Of a stretch of 64,000 nucleotides of DNA, positions 13,460-23,460 are shown piece by piece. Each line of letters begins with the position of its first letter. Positions within the stretch are counted from its first letter, which is position 1. Origin of the DNA: Antechinus flavipes (lineage: Eukaryota); contig NC_067400.1 of the NCBI RefSeq assembly GCF_016432865.1, positions 504,928,001 to 504,992,000 of the forward strand, in the 5' to 3' direction. A model generated the notes under the pieces. That model saw only the letters and a program-made list of their open reading frames with translations. It had not been told where the DNA came from and ran no database searches. The position numbers and the translations under genes were made by a program.

Positions 13460-14124
13460 AAATGCACTGCCGAGAAGCTGAACCTTCAACCTGCAACCCC
13501 TGCCCCAAGACCTTGGCTGCTTCCCGCACCGCTGCACCCTCCTTCCCAGTACCCCTACAACCGTAGCATTCCGAGAGTTCCACCTTTGCCTGCCTCTCCT
13601 ATTTACCAGGGCTCTGTGCATCATCACCCCTGCTGTCTTTGCTTTCAACAACTCTAACTACAGATTTCGGGGATCCTTTTTCCATACTTCCCATTACTTC
13701 ACACTCCAGCTCTCCTTGCATCCTCATTGGGTCGCTTATTTTACACCTACTATTGTTTCTCTGCTCTGGGTTGCTTTTTGGGGGGTCGTCACTGCAATCC
13801 TTCCTTTGGGCTTTGCTCCATTCACTCTGCATTGACTGCATCCCCTTTTTGTTGTTTTTAGTTATGTTCCTAGCGCCTTTTTTCTCCATCTCTGATAAAT
13901 CCACTGGTCCACCCGCTCCTTTCTCAGGGCATCACACCCAAGAATCTAAAGCCAAGCTTCTGGCCAGGCCAGATCAGCTTCCTGGGGATCTCCCCAACTC
14001 ATTGCACCTCGGCTTTCCTGAAGGTCCCCCACACACACTTCAACTGGAGTCCCTGCTAAGTGCCCTGCCTCATTCTTTCTCCCCCTTCTCCAGGTCTCCC
14101 TACCCCCCAGCCCCAGAGCCAGAA
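13460..14124 (+). pseudogene. ATP1B2: Probable 5' UTR-derived part of the ATP1B2 retrocopy
   Basis: GC- and pyrimidine-rich with retained CpGs, unlike the surrounding DNA, and contiguous with the ATG at 14125. The 5' boundary is approximate. Confidence 0.55.
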
Positions 14125-14955
14125 ATGGTCACTGAAAAGGACAAGAAGACCAGTGGACAAGTGTTGGAGGAATGGAAAGACTCACTAGTTCATGGGCCAT
14201 ACCGGGAACATCTGGGCCTTCATCTTCCTCTTCTACCTCATCTCCTATGGGTTTCTAACTGCTTTGTTCACCCTCACCATGTGGGTCATGCTACAGACTG
14301 TCTCAGACCACATTCCCACATACCAGGACCAGCTTGCAACACTGGGCCTGATGATCTGTCCTAAGATGGAGAATCTTGAGTTTTTGGTCAACTTCAGCAG
14401 TGATAGCAACAGCTGAGACCAGCATGTACAAATACTTGACAAATTTCTAGAGTCTTACGATGACTCAATCCAGGCCCAGAAGAATGTTGTCTGCCGCCCA
14501 GGGCATGAACAACCAGACAATAGGGTTCTCAACTATCCCAAACGGGCTTGTCATTTCAACCAACACATCTGGGTGACTGTTCAGGGCTTAGCGATTCTAC
14601 CCACTATGGCTACAGCACTGGCCAGCCCTGCATCTTTATCAAGATGAACCCAGTTATCACCTTCTATGCAGGAGCCAATCAGAGTATGAATGTTACCTGT
14701 TCAGGGAAGCGAAATGAGGATGCCAAAAATCTTGGTGACTTCACTATGTTTCCTGCCAATGGCAACATTGACCTAATGTATTTTCCCCACTATGGCAAGC
14801 CAACCTCTAGTGGCTGTCAAGTTCATGAACGTGACCCCCAATGTGGAAGCAAATGTTGAATGCCGCATTAATGCAGTCAATATAGCCACTAATGATGAGC
14901 GGGGACAAGTTTGCTGGCCCTAGCTTTCAAACTCCAAATAATAAAAAAGACCTGA
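14125..14955 (+). pseudogene. ATP1B2: Processed pseudogene of Na+/K+-ATPase subunit beta-2 (AMOG)
   Basis: Pieces translate to MVTEKDKKTSGQVLEEWK, WAFIFLFYLISYGFLTALFTLTMWVMLQTVSDHIPTYQDQLAT, HYGYSTGQPCIFIKMN, FYAGANQSMNVTCSGKRNEDAKNLGDFTMFPANGNIDLMYFPHYGK, PLVAVKFMNVTPNVEANVECRINA and KT-stop, all matching the recalled ATP1B2 protein. No introns. Premature stops (TAG 14186-14188, TGA 14414-14416) and several frameshifts. Confidence 0.96.
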
Positions 14956-17555
14956 ATTTACTCACACACTCCTCCCTATCCCCTCTCTTCCTGGGCTTTA
15001 TGGAATGTGCTTTCTGATGCCTCCTTCCCTTCCTGAAGTCTTTTTCTTGCCCCTTCCCAGCCCTTTCCTTGCCCCAAAGGTATTTTTTTTTTTTTTTACA
15101 ACCGAGCTATGATTTAATTTACACCCTTTCTCAACGCCCATTCCTAAAGGATAGTAGCCATTTTGAGTCCCTGGAAAAATACCTATTTCCACTGTAGCTA
15201 TGGGAGAGGTTTAGAGCAGGGCTGTCATTTTTTCCCCTTTACTTACAAGTTGTTTTTAATACCTTCCAGGTATATTTATGGTTACTGGTGGAATACTCCC
15301 ATAATTACCCCCAATTTTCTCCTTTTTCTTTATTTCTGTGAACCCAACAAATGATCTCTCAATACTATTCATGGCTTCCCTAGTACTGATAGTGATAATG
15401 AGAGAGAGCTGTTAGAAGAGTCACTTGCTCTTCTGATTTGAAACCCATCTCCCCTTTCCCTTTCTTCCTGCTTAGTGACTTGGATAAGATAAATCTGGGA
15501 ATCTGTTTATTCTGGGCCCTTCTTCCTTCCTAATTTACTAATCCCTTTCCCATTTGCTCTCCTCACCAAAGCTGTTATATGGGCCATTTTTAAGTTGAAG
15601 AGATTCATCCAACTTTTTTCCTTCATCCATTTTCCACACTCCATCTTACTGAAACCTTTAAATTGCCCTTTCTAGGTTTCCTTGTTCTAACAGTTCCTGA
15701 CTCTCTTCCCCATAAGGCACATGTTTGAGCTGAAAAATGGGGGCTTTCTTCTGTGGGCTTTAAAAGAGGGTCTTAGGAAAAAATAATGATGAATGTTGGA
15801 GGGGATGCAGGAAAACTGGGACACTGATGCATTGTTGGTGGAGTTGTGAACAAATCCAACCATTCTGGAGAGCAATATGGAATTATGCCCCAAAAGCTAT
15901 CAAACTGTGCATACCCTTTGATCCAGCAATGTTATTTCTGGGCTTATATCACAAAGAAATACTAAAGAAGGGAAAGGGACCTGTATGTGCCAAAATGTTT
16001 GTGGCAGCCCTGTTTGTAGTGCCTAGAAATGAAATTGAATAGATGCCCATCAATTGGAGAATGGTTGGATAAATTGTGGTATATGAATGTTATGGAATAT
16101 TATTGTTCTGTAAGAAATGATCAGCAGGATGAATACAGAGAGGCTTGGAGAGACTTACATGAACTGATGCTAAGTGAAATGAGCAGAACCAGGAGATCAT
16201 TATATACTTTAACAATGATACTGTATGAGGATGTATTCTGTTGGAAGTGGATTTCTTTGATAAAGAAACCTAACTCAGTTTCAATTGATCAATGATGGAC
16301 AGAAGCAGCTACACCCAAAGAAAGAACACTGGGAAATGAATGTAAACTATTTGCATTTTTTTGTTTTTCTTCCCGGGTTATTTTTACCTTCTGAATCCAA
16401 TTCTCCCTGTGCAACAAGAGGACTATTCAATTCTGCACACATATATTGTATCTAGGATATACTGCAACATATTTAACATATATAGGACTGCTTGCCATCT
16501 AGGGGAGGGGGTGGAGGGAAAGAGGGGAAAAATCAGAACAGAAGTGAGTGCAAGGGATAATGTTGTAAAAAATTACCCTGGCATGAGTAATAATAAAAAG
16601 TTATAATAAAATTTAAAAAAAAAAGAAAAGAAAAATAAAAGAGGGTCTTTAAGAATATGGATGCCATTTCTGACTAAAAATTCACACATTTTGTCCCTAT
16701 CTCTGTTTTTCAATACTCCCCATAACCTAGTGTCTGCTATTCCAAAACACTTTTTGGAGTCAATTTTATCTTTGCATAATTTCCTTAAACATTTCCCTTG
16801 AGTATTTCTCCCACCCCCATTTTTCTATGCCTCCATTACTCCATTTTTCTAGTGTTTTGAGTGGCCATCTTTAACTGGCTTTGTCTCCAGGTTATCACCT
16901 TGGAAATCTCATCTGGTCATGATAATATGCCACATTCTTTCTCTATCCCCTCCCTCCCCACTAGCTTTTAGCAAATAATTGGCTAATTAATACTTCTTTT
17001 CCATTTAACATTTTAAATTACCTTCTCAATTTGAAAATGGCTCCTCCCCCTCTTTCATGTCCCATTTGCCTTTTTTTCGTCCTGCAATTACCATATGTTT
17101 AGAAACCCCTGTTCAGATGTATTTTTTCAATCAGTTGTTTTTAATAATTCATCTTTTCCATTCCAAATCTATGTCTTCCCTATTAATGCTGCACTCTCCT
17201 CTTCCTTGAGTCTATCCCTTTTCTCTTGAAATCATAGACAAGACCTGAGTTCAAATCCTGCCTTTTATAGTTAATAACTGTGACCATGGGCAAATTTATT
17301 AATCTTCTGAGCCTCCATTTCCTCATCTGTAAAATCTATATTATCTATCTCACAGAGCTGTTGTGAGCTTAAATGAGATAAATATTTCAAAACATAGCTA
17401 AATTCTCTCTCATCCACCTCTGTGTCCCTTTACCTCCCCCAGAAGTCTATCTCTGCAGTTATTTAATGCCTGTGTCAGATCTACTGTAAGATAAAAAAGT
17501 ACAATGCAGATTATATGCATACATACATACATATAATTTTAAAAAAAGAAAAAAG
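14956..17555 (+). pseudogene. ATP1B2: Probable 3' UTR-derived part of the ATP1B2 retrocopy (interrupted by L1 at 15775-16635; contains a MIR at about 17235-17390)
   Basis: Pyrimidine-rich sequence continues across the L1 TSD. ccccaaaggtattttt…gagctatga resembles my recollection of the mammalian ATP1B2 3' UTR. An A-rich tract at about 17541-17556 may be the poly(A) remnant. The end point is uncertain. Confidence 0.5.
15775..16635 (+). mobile_element. 5'-truncated young L1 (ORF2 C-terminus, 3' UTR, A-tail)
   Basis: ORF2 C-terminal peptides (HCWWSCEQIQPFWRAIW…AIKLCIPFDPA; CPSIGEWLDKLWYMNVMEYY). Perfect 14-bp TSD taaaagagggtctt at 15761-15774 and 16636-16649, at a TT/AAAA endonuclease site. Confidence 0.97.
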
Positions 17556-17879
17556 CTTTTAAGAGTATCTATAGATAAAAATATGATACTCCATGTGGAC
17601 AGAGGGAGTTTAGTGATCACCTCTTTATTCTCTACTTGTTTATTTGGATATTTCTTTAATAATACATTCTAGAATTCTATAAAGTTTCTCAGTTTTGTTC
17701 TATCCTCAAAATGCACCTTTTGTTATTTAACCCAAACAGATATAGCAACTGTGACTTTTTCCCAAGGCTCTGAAATTAAATGGGGCTCTGACAGCATCTT
17801 GAGTCCTTCATCAATGTAGAAATATTGAACTTAGCATCTCTATAACTCCTTCCTTTCTCTCTCTCTCCTTCTCCCAACC

Positions 17880-18300
17880 CCTCCCAAATGAACTAATACA
17901 ACGTGAACTAAATAGGACTATGAAATCAAAATACATGTTGTCTACAATGACATAATGGAAGGTATATCAACAAGAAAATGAAACTGATCATTAGTAATAT
18001 AGTGGCCAAGGTTGGTCCCAGAGAAAAGCTGAGAAAATGTATCTCCCATTTATCTTTGGAAACTTGTGGTGGGGAAAGGGGGTCATTATAAGTATGGAAT
18101 GTTGTATATATCATCTCAATGGACTCAGTGGAGTTTCTGTTGATTAGTTTTGCCAAACTGCCTTTTTATTTTATTCTTTGTTACAAGGGATAGCTCACTG
18201 AGTAGGAGAGTAGAATGATAAATTTAGAAATTAAGGTGATATAAAAACAAAAATAATGCATTTTCTAAAAATTAAAAGAAGACAATTTAAAACAAATAAA
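17880..18300 (+). mobile_element. Older L1 3' UTR relic
   Basis: ttagttttgccaaactgcctttttattttattctttgttacaagggatagctc…ggtgatataaaaacaaaaaataa followed by an A-rich tail. Confidence 0.6.
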
Positions 18301-18914
18301 CTGCTATGATTAGAATAAAATGGATGTGTTCTAAATGTCTGCAAACTATGGAAACCATCTGTCAGTCCTGCTGGATGTCCTTTCCTGTCCCTTGGCTCCT
18401 TTTCTCAGATGATGTGTGCATCAAGTTACAGCATCCTGAAGCACAACTCTTGTTACTATGGCTACTCCAGAGCAGGGACTGCATGAATGCACCTGGTGCC
18501 GCTCCTTGGCTCCACAATGAGCACTGTAGATCCCAAACATCTTAAATAGCTCTCTGCTTTCAATGATATAATTGGATTCATTGCTCATCTGTCGTGCCCA
18601 AAGTAGAAACAGACAAGAGGCCATCTGTTCCACGACTCCGTGTTCTTCTTCCTCAGCATGAAGTGCTATCTCAGTGGTTTATTGTTACCATGGAAAGGTG
18701 CACCCATGGTAACAATGAACTGGGTGGCCCAGAGCTGGCCACTTAGCTGCCTGGATGTCACTCTGATTCAGAATCAACTCCTACATTAGGGGCAAGGGAT
18801 GCTTATGCAGAACTAGAGAAAGTGGGAGCATTGAGAATGCCTTCTGCTTTTAAGGACCTTTCTCTAAGATAACTGTAAAACACTCCATTTCAAATTATTT
18901 TGATTATGATTTAT

Positions 18915-19045
18915 ATGTAAACACACACATATAGAAATTATATGCATATAGATATATGTATAATGTGTATTGTATGTGTGTATATGTGTATATATATATA
19001 CATATATATATATATACATGTATACATATATACACTTATGTGTGC
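18915..19045. repeat. (TA)/(TG)/(CA) compound microsatellite
   Basis: Directly visible alternating purine-pyrimidine tract. Confidence 0.85.
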
Positions 19046-19369
19046 ATAAGTAGAAATTAGCCAATTTTCAGATTGGTATATGTATCTACAAATGGATACT
19101 TGATAGGATCTTAGATCATGTGATCATTGCATTTAGAACTGGAGGGAAATGGATGGGAAATTTAGAAATCAACTAATCCAATTCCCTCATTTTATAGATG
19201 AGTAAACTGAGGCTAAGAGAGAAGTGGCTTGCCCAAGAAAGCTCATAAATTCTATATGCTCTTTTATTTTTTGTTTGTTTTTTGTTTTGTATTACACTGT
19301 CCTGTGACAAGGTGAACCTTATTTATCTTGAGAGTAACCAAGATTAAACAGGTAACTACACGGTAAAAC

Positions 19370-19580
19370 AAACAGAGTCAAGAAGACTGATCTTCATGAG
19401 TTCAAATCTGGCTTCAGACACTTAATTAGTTACATGACCTTATTTGAATCACTTAACCCTGTTTACCTCAGTTTTCTCAACTATAAAATGAACTGGAGAA
19501 AGAAATGGCAAACTCCTCAAGTATCTTTGCCAAGAAAATTCCAAATGGAGTCATAAAGAGTGAAACAACTAAACAACAAA
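19370..19580 (+). mobile_element. Mar1-like CORE SINE with RTE-type tail
   Basis: gagttcaaatctggcttcagacac…ctcagttttctc…ggagaaagaaatggcaaac…agtatctttgccaagaaaa…tggagtcataaagagt…acaactaaacaac. Confidence 0.8.
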
Positions 19581-19879
19581 AAATTAAATCAAGAATAACA
19601 GAACTATAACAATGTAAATGTCAGGGGTTTTTTTCTACTTGAGAGAATAATAATTTATTATTTCATTAGCAATTCATTAGAAGAGATTATAACCATAATA
19701 CCTAAATCTAAATCAATGGAAAAAAATAGAAAGAAGGAAGGAAGAAAGGAAAGAAAGAAAAGAAGAAAGAACAGTGTAAAGATTCTGATTAAGTTTATAC
19801 CAAAAGTCAGAACACTGGGGAATCCCGGGTATTGAACACTGCATATCTCATTAGACTTAATTGATATGATTGTTAATTT

Positions 19880-21470
19880 TTAAAATTTATTTTATTTTTA
19901 AAAATAGAGTAAGAGAAAAAGAAAAACAGAAAAAGAATACAAAACAAAATAAAGTAAAACAAAAAAGAACATTGTTATGTGCCCAGCAGAACATCAGGGA
20001 GGATTCAAAATATATAACAAGAAATTACCAGATCAAGAAAAATATATATTATATACACACACACACATACACACACATATTAGTAGAAGAAATTATGTTT
20101 AAGTATGTCCATTTTTTCTTTATTTCCTTGTAAATTGTTCTTTGGTTCTTTGCTACACAGCTTATTTACTTTATTTTTTCCCTTTTCATCCCCTGCTCCC
20201 AAGCAAACTATAATTAAGAAAAGATATAATATGTATACATGAGTAGATACACACACACACACACACACACACAATCTTTCCTATTCCTGTTGTCTCTTTA
20301 ATTAAATTCTGCTCCATAATTTGCCTTGCTATTACTCAACCTTGTCCCACTCAAGGATCCTTCCCTTGTCTTCCCTTACCTTTTGCTTCCCCATCTACTC
20401 ATCCTTCCCTCCTTATTTCTTTATAGATGTTGGACGGTGCTATATCTTTGTGGTATATATGTAGTATTGCCTATTGAACCCATTTTCAATGTAAGTAGGT
20501 TTTCAGAACTATGAGCCTTCTTCTCCCCTCTAATGCTTCTGTTATCTATTCTTCCTCTGTACCTCCCTTGTATATGATTACTATTTTTACATTAACTCTG
20601 ACAATCTTTCTTTTGAGCTACTCTGTTGTTGATGTACATCTTAAACATATGATATGCATTTCCTATGTAACCAATTTGTTCAAGTTTAAACAGTTACAAA
20701 AAAATGATCTTTGATATAGGCTTTTATAAATTAAAATTTTTGTTAAGTTTAGTTTGGGTTGATAGAATCCTGAAAATCTACAAGTTTGTTGAAAGTCCAT
20801 TTTTTCCCATTCAGAATTATAGATAATTTTACTGGATATGATATTTTTGGCCACAGGCCTAATTCTTTTGATTATTCCTAGATATGATTCCAGGACCTGG
20901 GGTCTTTTATTGTAGCTGCTGGTAAGTCTTGTACAATTCTAAATGTAGCTCCAGTGTATTTGAATTTTTTTTTTCTTGTTTCTTGCAAAATGTTCTCTTT
21001 GATCTGGGAATTTCAAAATTTGGCAGTAATATTCCTGTGTATTTTCCATGAAAGATCTCTTTGAGATGGTGATAGGTGGATTTTTTCTACTTCCTACTTT
21101 CCCCTCATATTCTGTAACCCCAGGGCAATTTTCTTGGATTATTTCCTGCATTATTGTGTCAAGCTCTTTTTGGTCATAACTTTCTGGCAGTCCAATTATT
21201 CTTATATTTTCTCTTCTTGATCTGTTCTCTAGATCTGTCATTTTTCTTGTAAGATGTTTCACATTCTGTTTTATTTTCTCAGTCTTTATAATATGTTTTA
21301 TTATTTCTTTCTCTCTCATAGCTTCACTGACTTTCCTTTGCCCAATTCTGGTTTTCAAAAATTATTTTCATCGTTGAGATTCTGTATTACCTTTTCTAGC
21401 TGGTTAATTTTTTTTTTCATAATCTTCTTGTTTTCCTTAGATGGTTTTTATTTGTTATCTTCCCAGAATC
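19880..21470 (-). mobile_element. L1-derived element with an ORF1 relic and 3' end but no ORF2 (HAL1-like or internally deleted L1)
   Basis: Minus ORF 20939-21358 has coiled-coil plus DLENRSRRENIRIIGLPE. A shifted frame continues into the ORF1 C-terminal domain (…ILQETRKKKFKYTGA…RIVQDL…YPVKLSIILNGKKWTF). About 0.8 kb of non-coding sequence and an A-rich tail follow, ending near 19880. Confidence 0.8.
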
Positions 21471-22166
21471 TCCATGATTGTTACTTTTGATGAATTACTT
21501 TTTTTAACTTTCTTTGTTATTCTTTGTTACAAGATATGACTCACAAACTAGGAGATGAGAGATTGATTAATTTGGAAAGGAAGATGACATTAAAATGAAA
21601 GATGTGTGTATTAATTTAAAGGAGCTGTAAAGCACTGTGCCTTGAGAAAATTGCTTGTCTAAAATCAGAATTAATAGATAGTCCCAATAGTTTTAAACAA
21701 ATCCAAATTATTCTATTTCAACAAAGTCCTGGTATGACACACATTTTTGTGCATAGAGACAAGAATGTATATGAAAGATTTTCCTTCAAAAGGTGAAACA
21801 AAAAGCACATACACACATAATAAAGTGATACTGGCTAAGTATCTGGGGAAGAAAGCAAAACTGGGAGGGGAGAAGTGATAGCATGGTGATATTTCCTAAG
21901 TTCTCTGGCCAAAATCCATCAAGCAAAATATTTTAAGAATAGGTGGAAAATGTATGTCTCAGGATATTCATGTAGGATATGTTGGGGCAAATATTCATTT
22001 CCAAATCTAGTATAAGTAGAGATGTTAAGATCTTAAGCAGAAATGTTGCAAGTAGACCAATTTTTTATATAATTTGGAAGATAGAATGTACCCTAAGGTA
22101 TTTAAATATATAAAGGGATAAAACCATTATAAATAATAAGTGATATAAAATCCAAGCTCCCTATGA

Positions 22167-22393
22167 TAGTGGTCTCAAAATCAAATAGAAAGAGGGCCAT
22201 GAAATTATACCTAAAGATCTCCATAGCTTGTGTATTGAGTTTTTCTAACTCAATTTTCTGTATTCTATTATATTTTTTCTGTATTCTGTATTCTATTGTA
22301 TTTTTACTTAGTTTGTTAAATATTCACCAATAACTTTTAATCTGGTTTGGGCAACATTGCTGAGTGTTGCAGGTTGTATGTTTGATACCGCTG
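22167..22393. mobile_element. hAT-Charlie-like MITE relic
   Basis: Degenerate terminal inverted repeats tagtggtctcaaaa … gtttgataccgctg, with internal sequence resembling Charlie-type MITEs. An 8-bp TSD is not recognisable. Confidence 0.5.
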
Positions 22394-23239
22394 TTTCATA
22401 GAACTATCTTTTGTTTTCCACTGTAATTATGAATCTTTTTTTTCTTTTGATAGTTAATTTCAAAACTAAAAGTGTTTAAAAATTTTAAAATAGGTTAGAG
22501 AATAATATATTAATTATATATTTTAAATCTTATTGTTACAAAATTTGTTTAATTCAAATGTTATTCTTCTTTATTTATTTTAAGCAGCAGTCAATGAATT
22601 CAGGTAAGTTTAGAAGGCAAAGTACATCTGCCTCCAAAGTGGAGAATGGTTAACATGCTTATCCAATAAGTTTAAGTTTGTATTAAATTAAGTTCAAGTT
22701 TCTTTTCCTTCTAGTAATTCTCTATACATGGAAATCTGACTTCTGAGGTCTCCAATTCTGAAACTTTTTGATAACTTTCATTCTTCTGCCTCCTTTACTT
22801 CTCCTTTACTTCTACTGAACCTGTTCTTTGTCTTCAGTGCAATCTTCATTATCTTTGCCCATCCCTATTCTATTTTATCAGCTTCATGTTCATAGTCTTT
22901 ACTCCTTTATACAAATCTCTTGGATACCTCCAAAGAATAGTGATTATCATATGTGAATTCCCTCAACATCCCTTTTCCATTTCAAGACACTTTGTATATT
23001 TACCCATTTAACACCTTCTTTTTCTGTCTCAGAGGAAAAAATGATTGAAGTTCTCTGATCTATGATCCTACCTAGATAGTCTCCAATTTCTCAATATTTT
23101 TCCTAAAATGTGGCATCTAGAATCAAATTCAATATTCCAGATATTTGATCAGAACACAGTAAAGGAGACTATCATCTATCATTCTAGCTACTATGCCTCT
23201 CTGAATGCCTTCTAAAATGGCATTAGTTTTTCTATGTGG

Positions 23240-23460
23240 TTGGTGGAATTCTGGACCTGGAGTCAAAAAGATGAGTTCAAATCCTGCCTCTGATAATTCT
23301 GGGTTATGTGATATTGGTCAAGATATATAACCTCTTTCAGATTCACAGTTTCTTCATCTGTAAATTGGGGATAATAATAGTATCTCCCTCTCCTCTCCCA
23401 AGGTTGTTAAAAGGATCAAATGAAATAACATATACAAGACACTCAAAATGCCAGATGAAT
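23240..23460 (+). mobile_element. MIR SINE
   Basis: ggacctggagtca…gagttcaaatcctgcctctga…cagtttcttcatctgtaaattggggataataatag…ggatcaaatgaaataa. Confidence 0.8.

Noticed and set aside
13639-14364. 241-aa ORF running through the 5' leader into the ATP1B2 N-terminus
   Set aside because: It starts at TTG (first ATG at 13864). Pyrimidine/GC-rich UTR sequence is stop-poor, and only about 18 residues are in the true beta-2 frame before the frameshift.
16361-16606. Recurrent approximately 80-aa ORF (MFFFPGYFYLLNPILPVQQE…), also at 26783-27034 and split near 45668-46298
   Set aside because: It is the translation of the shared L1 3' UTR, has non-ATG starts and is broken in the third copy. It reflects subfamily youth, not a gene family.
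18677-18720. miR-451-like or canonical pre-miRNA reading of the hairpin
   Set aside because: It does not match miR-451, and the stem is short for a canonical pre-miRNA with no extended lower stem. It is kept only as an unexplained inverted repeat.
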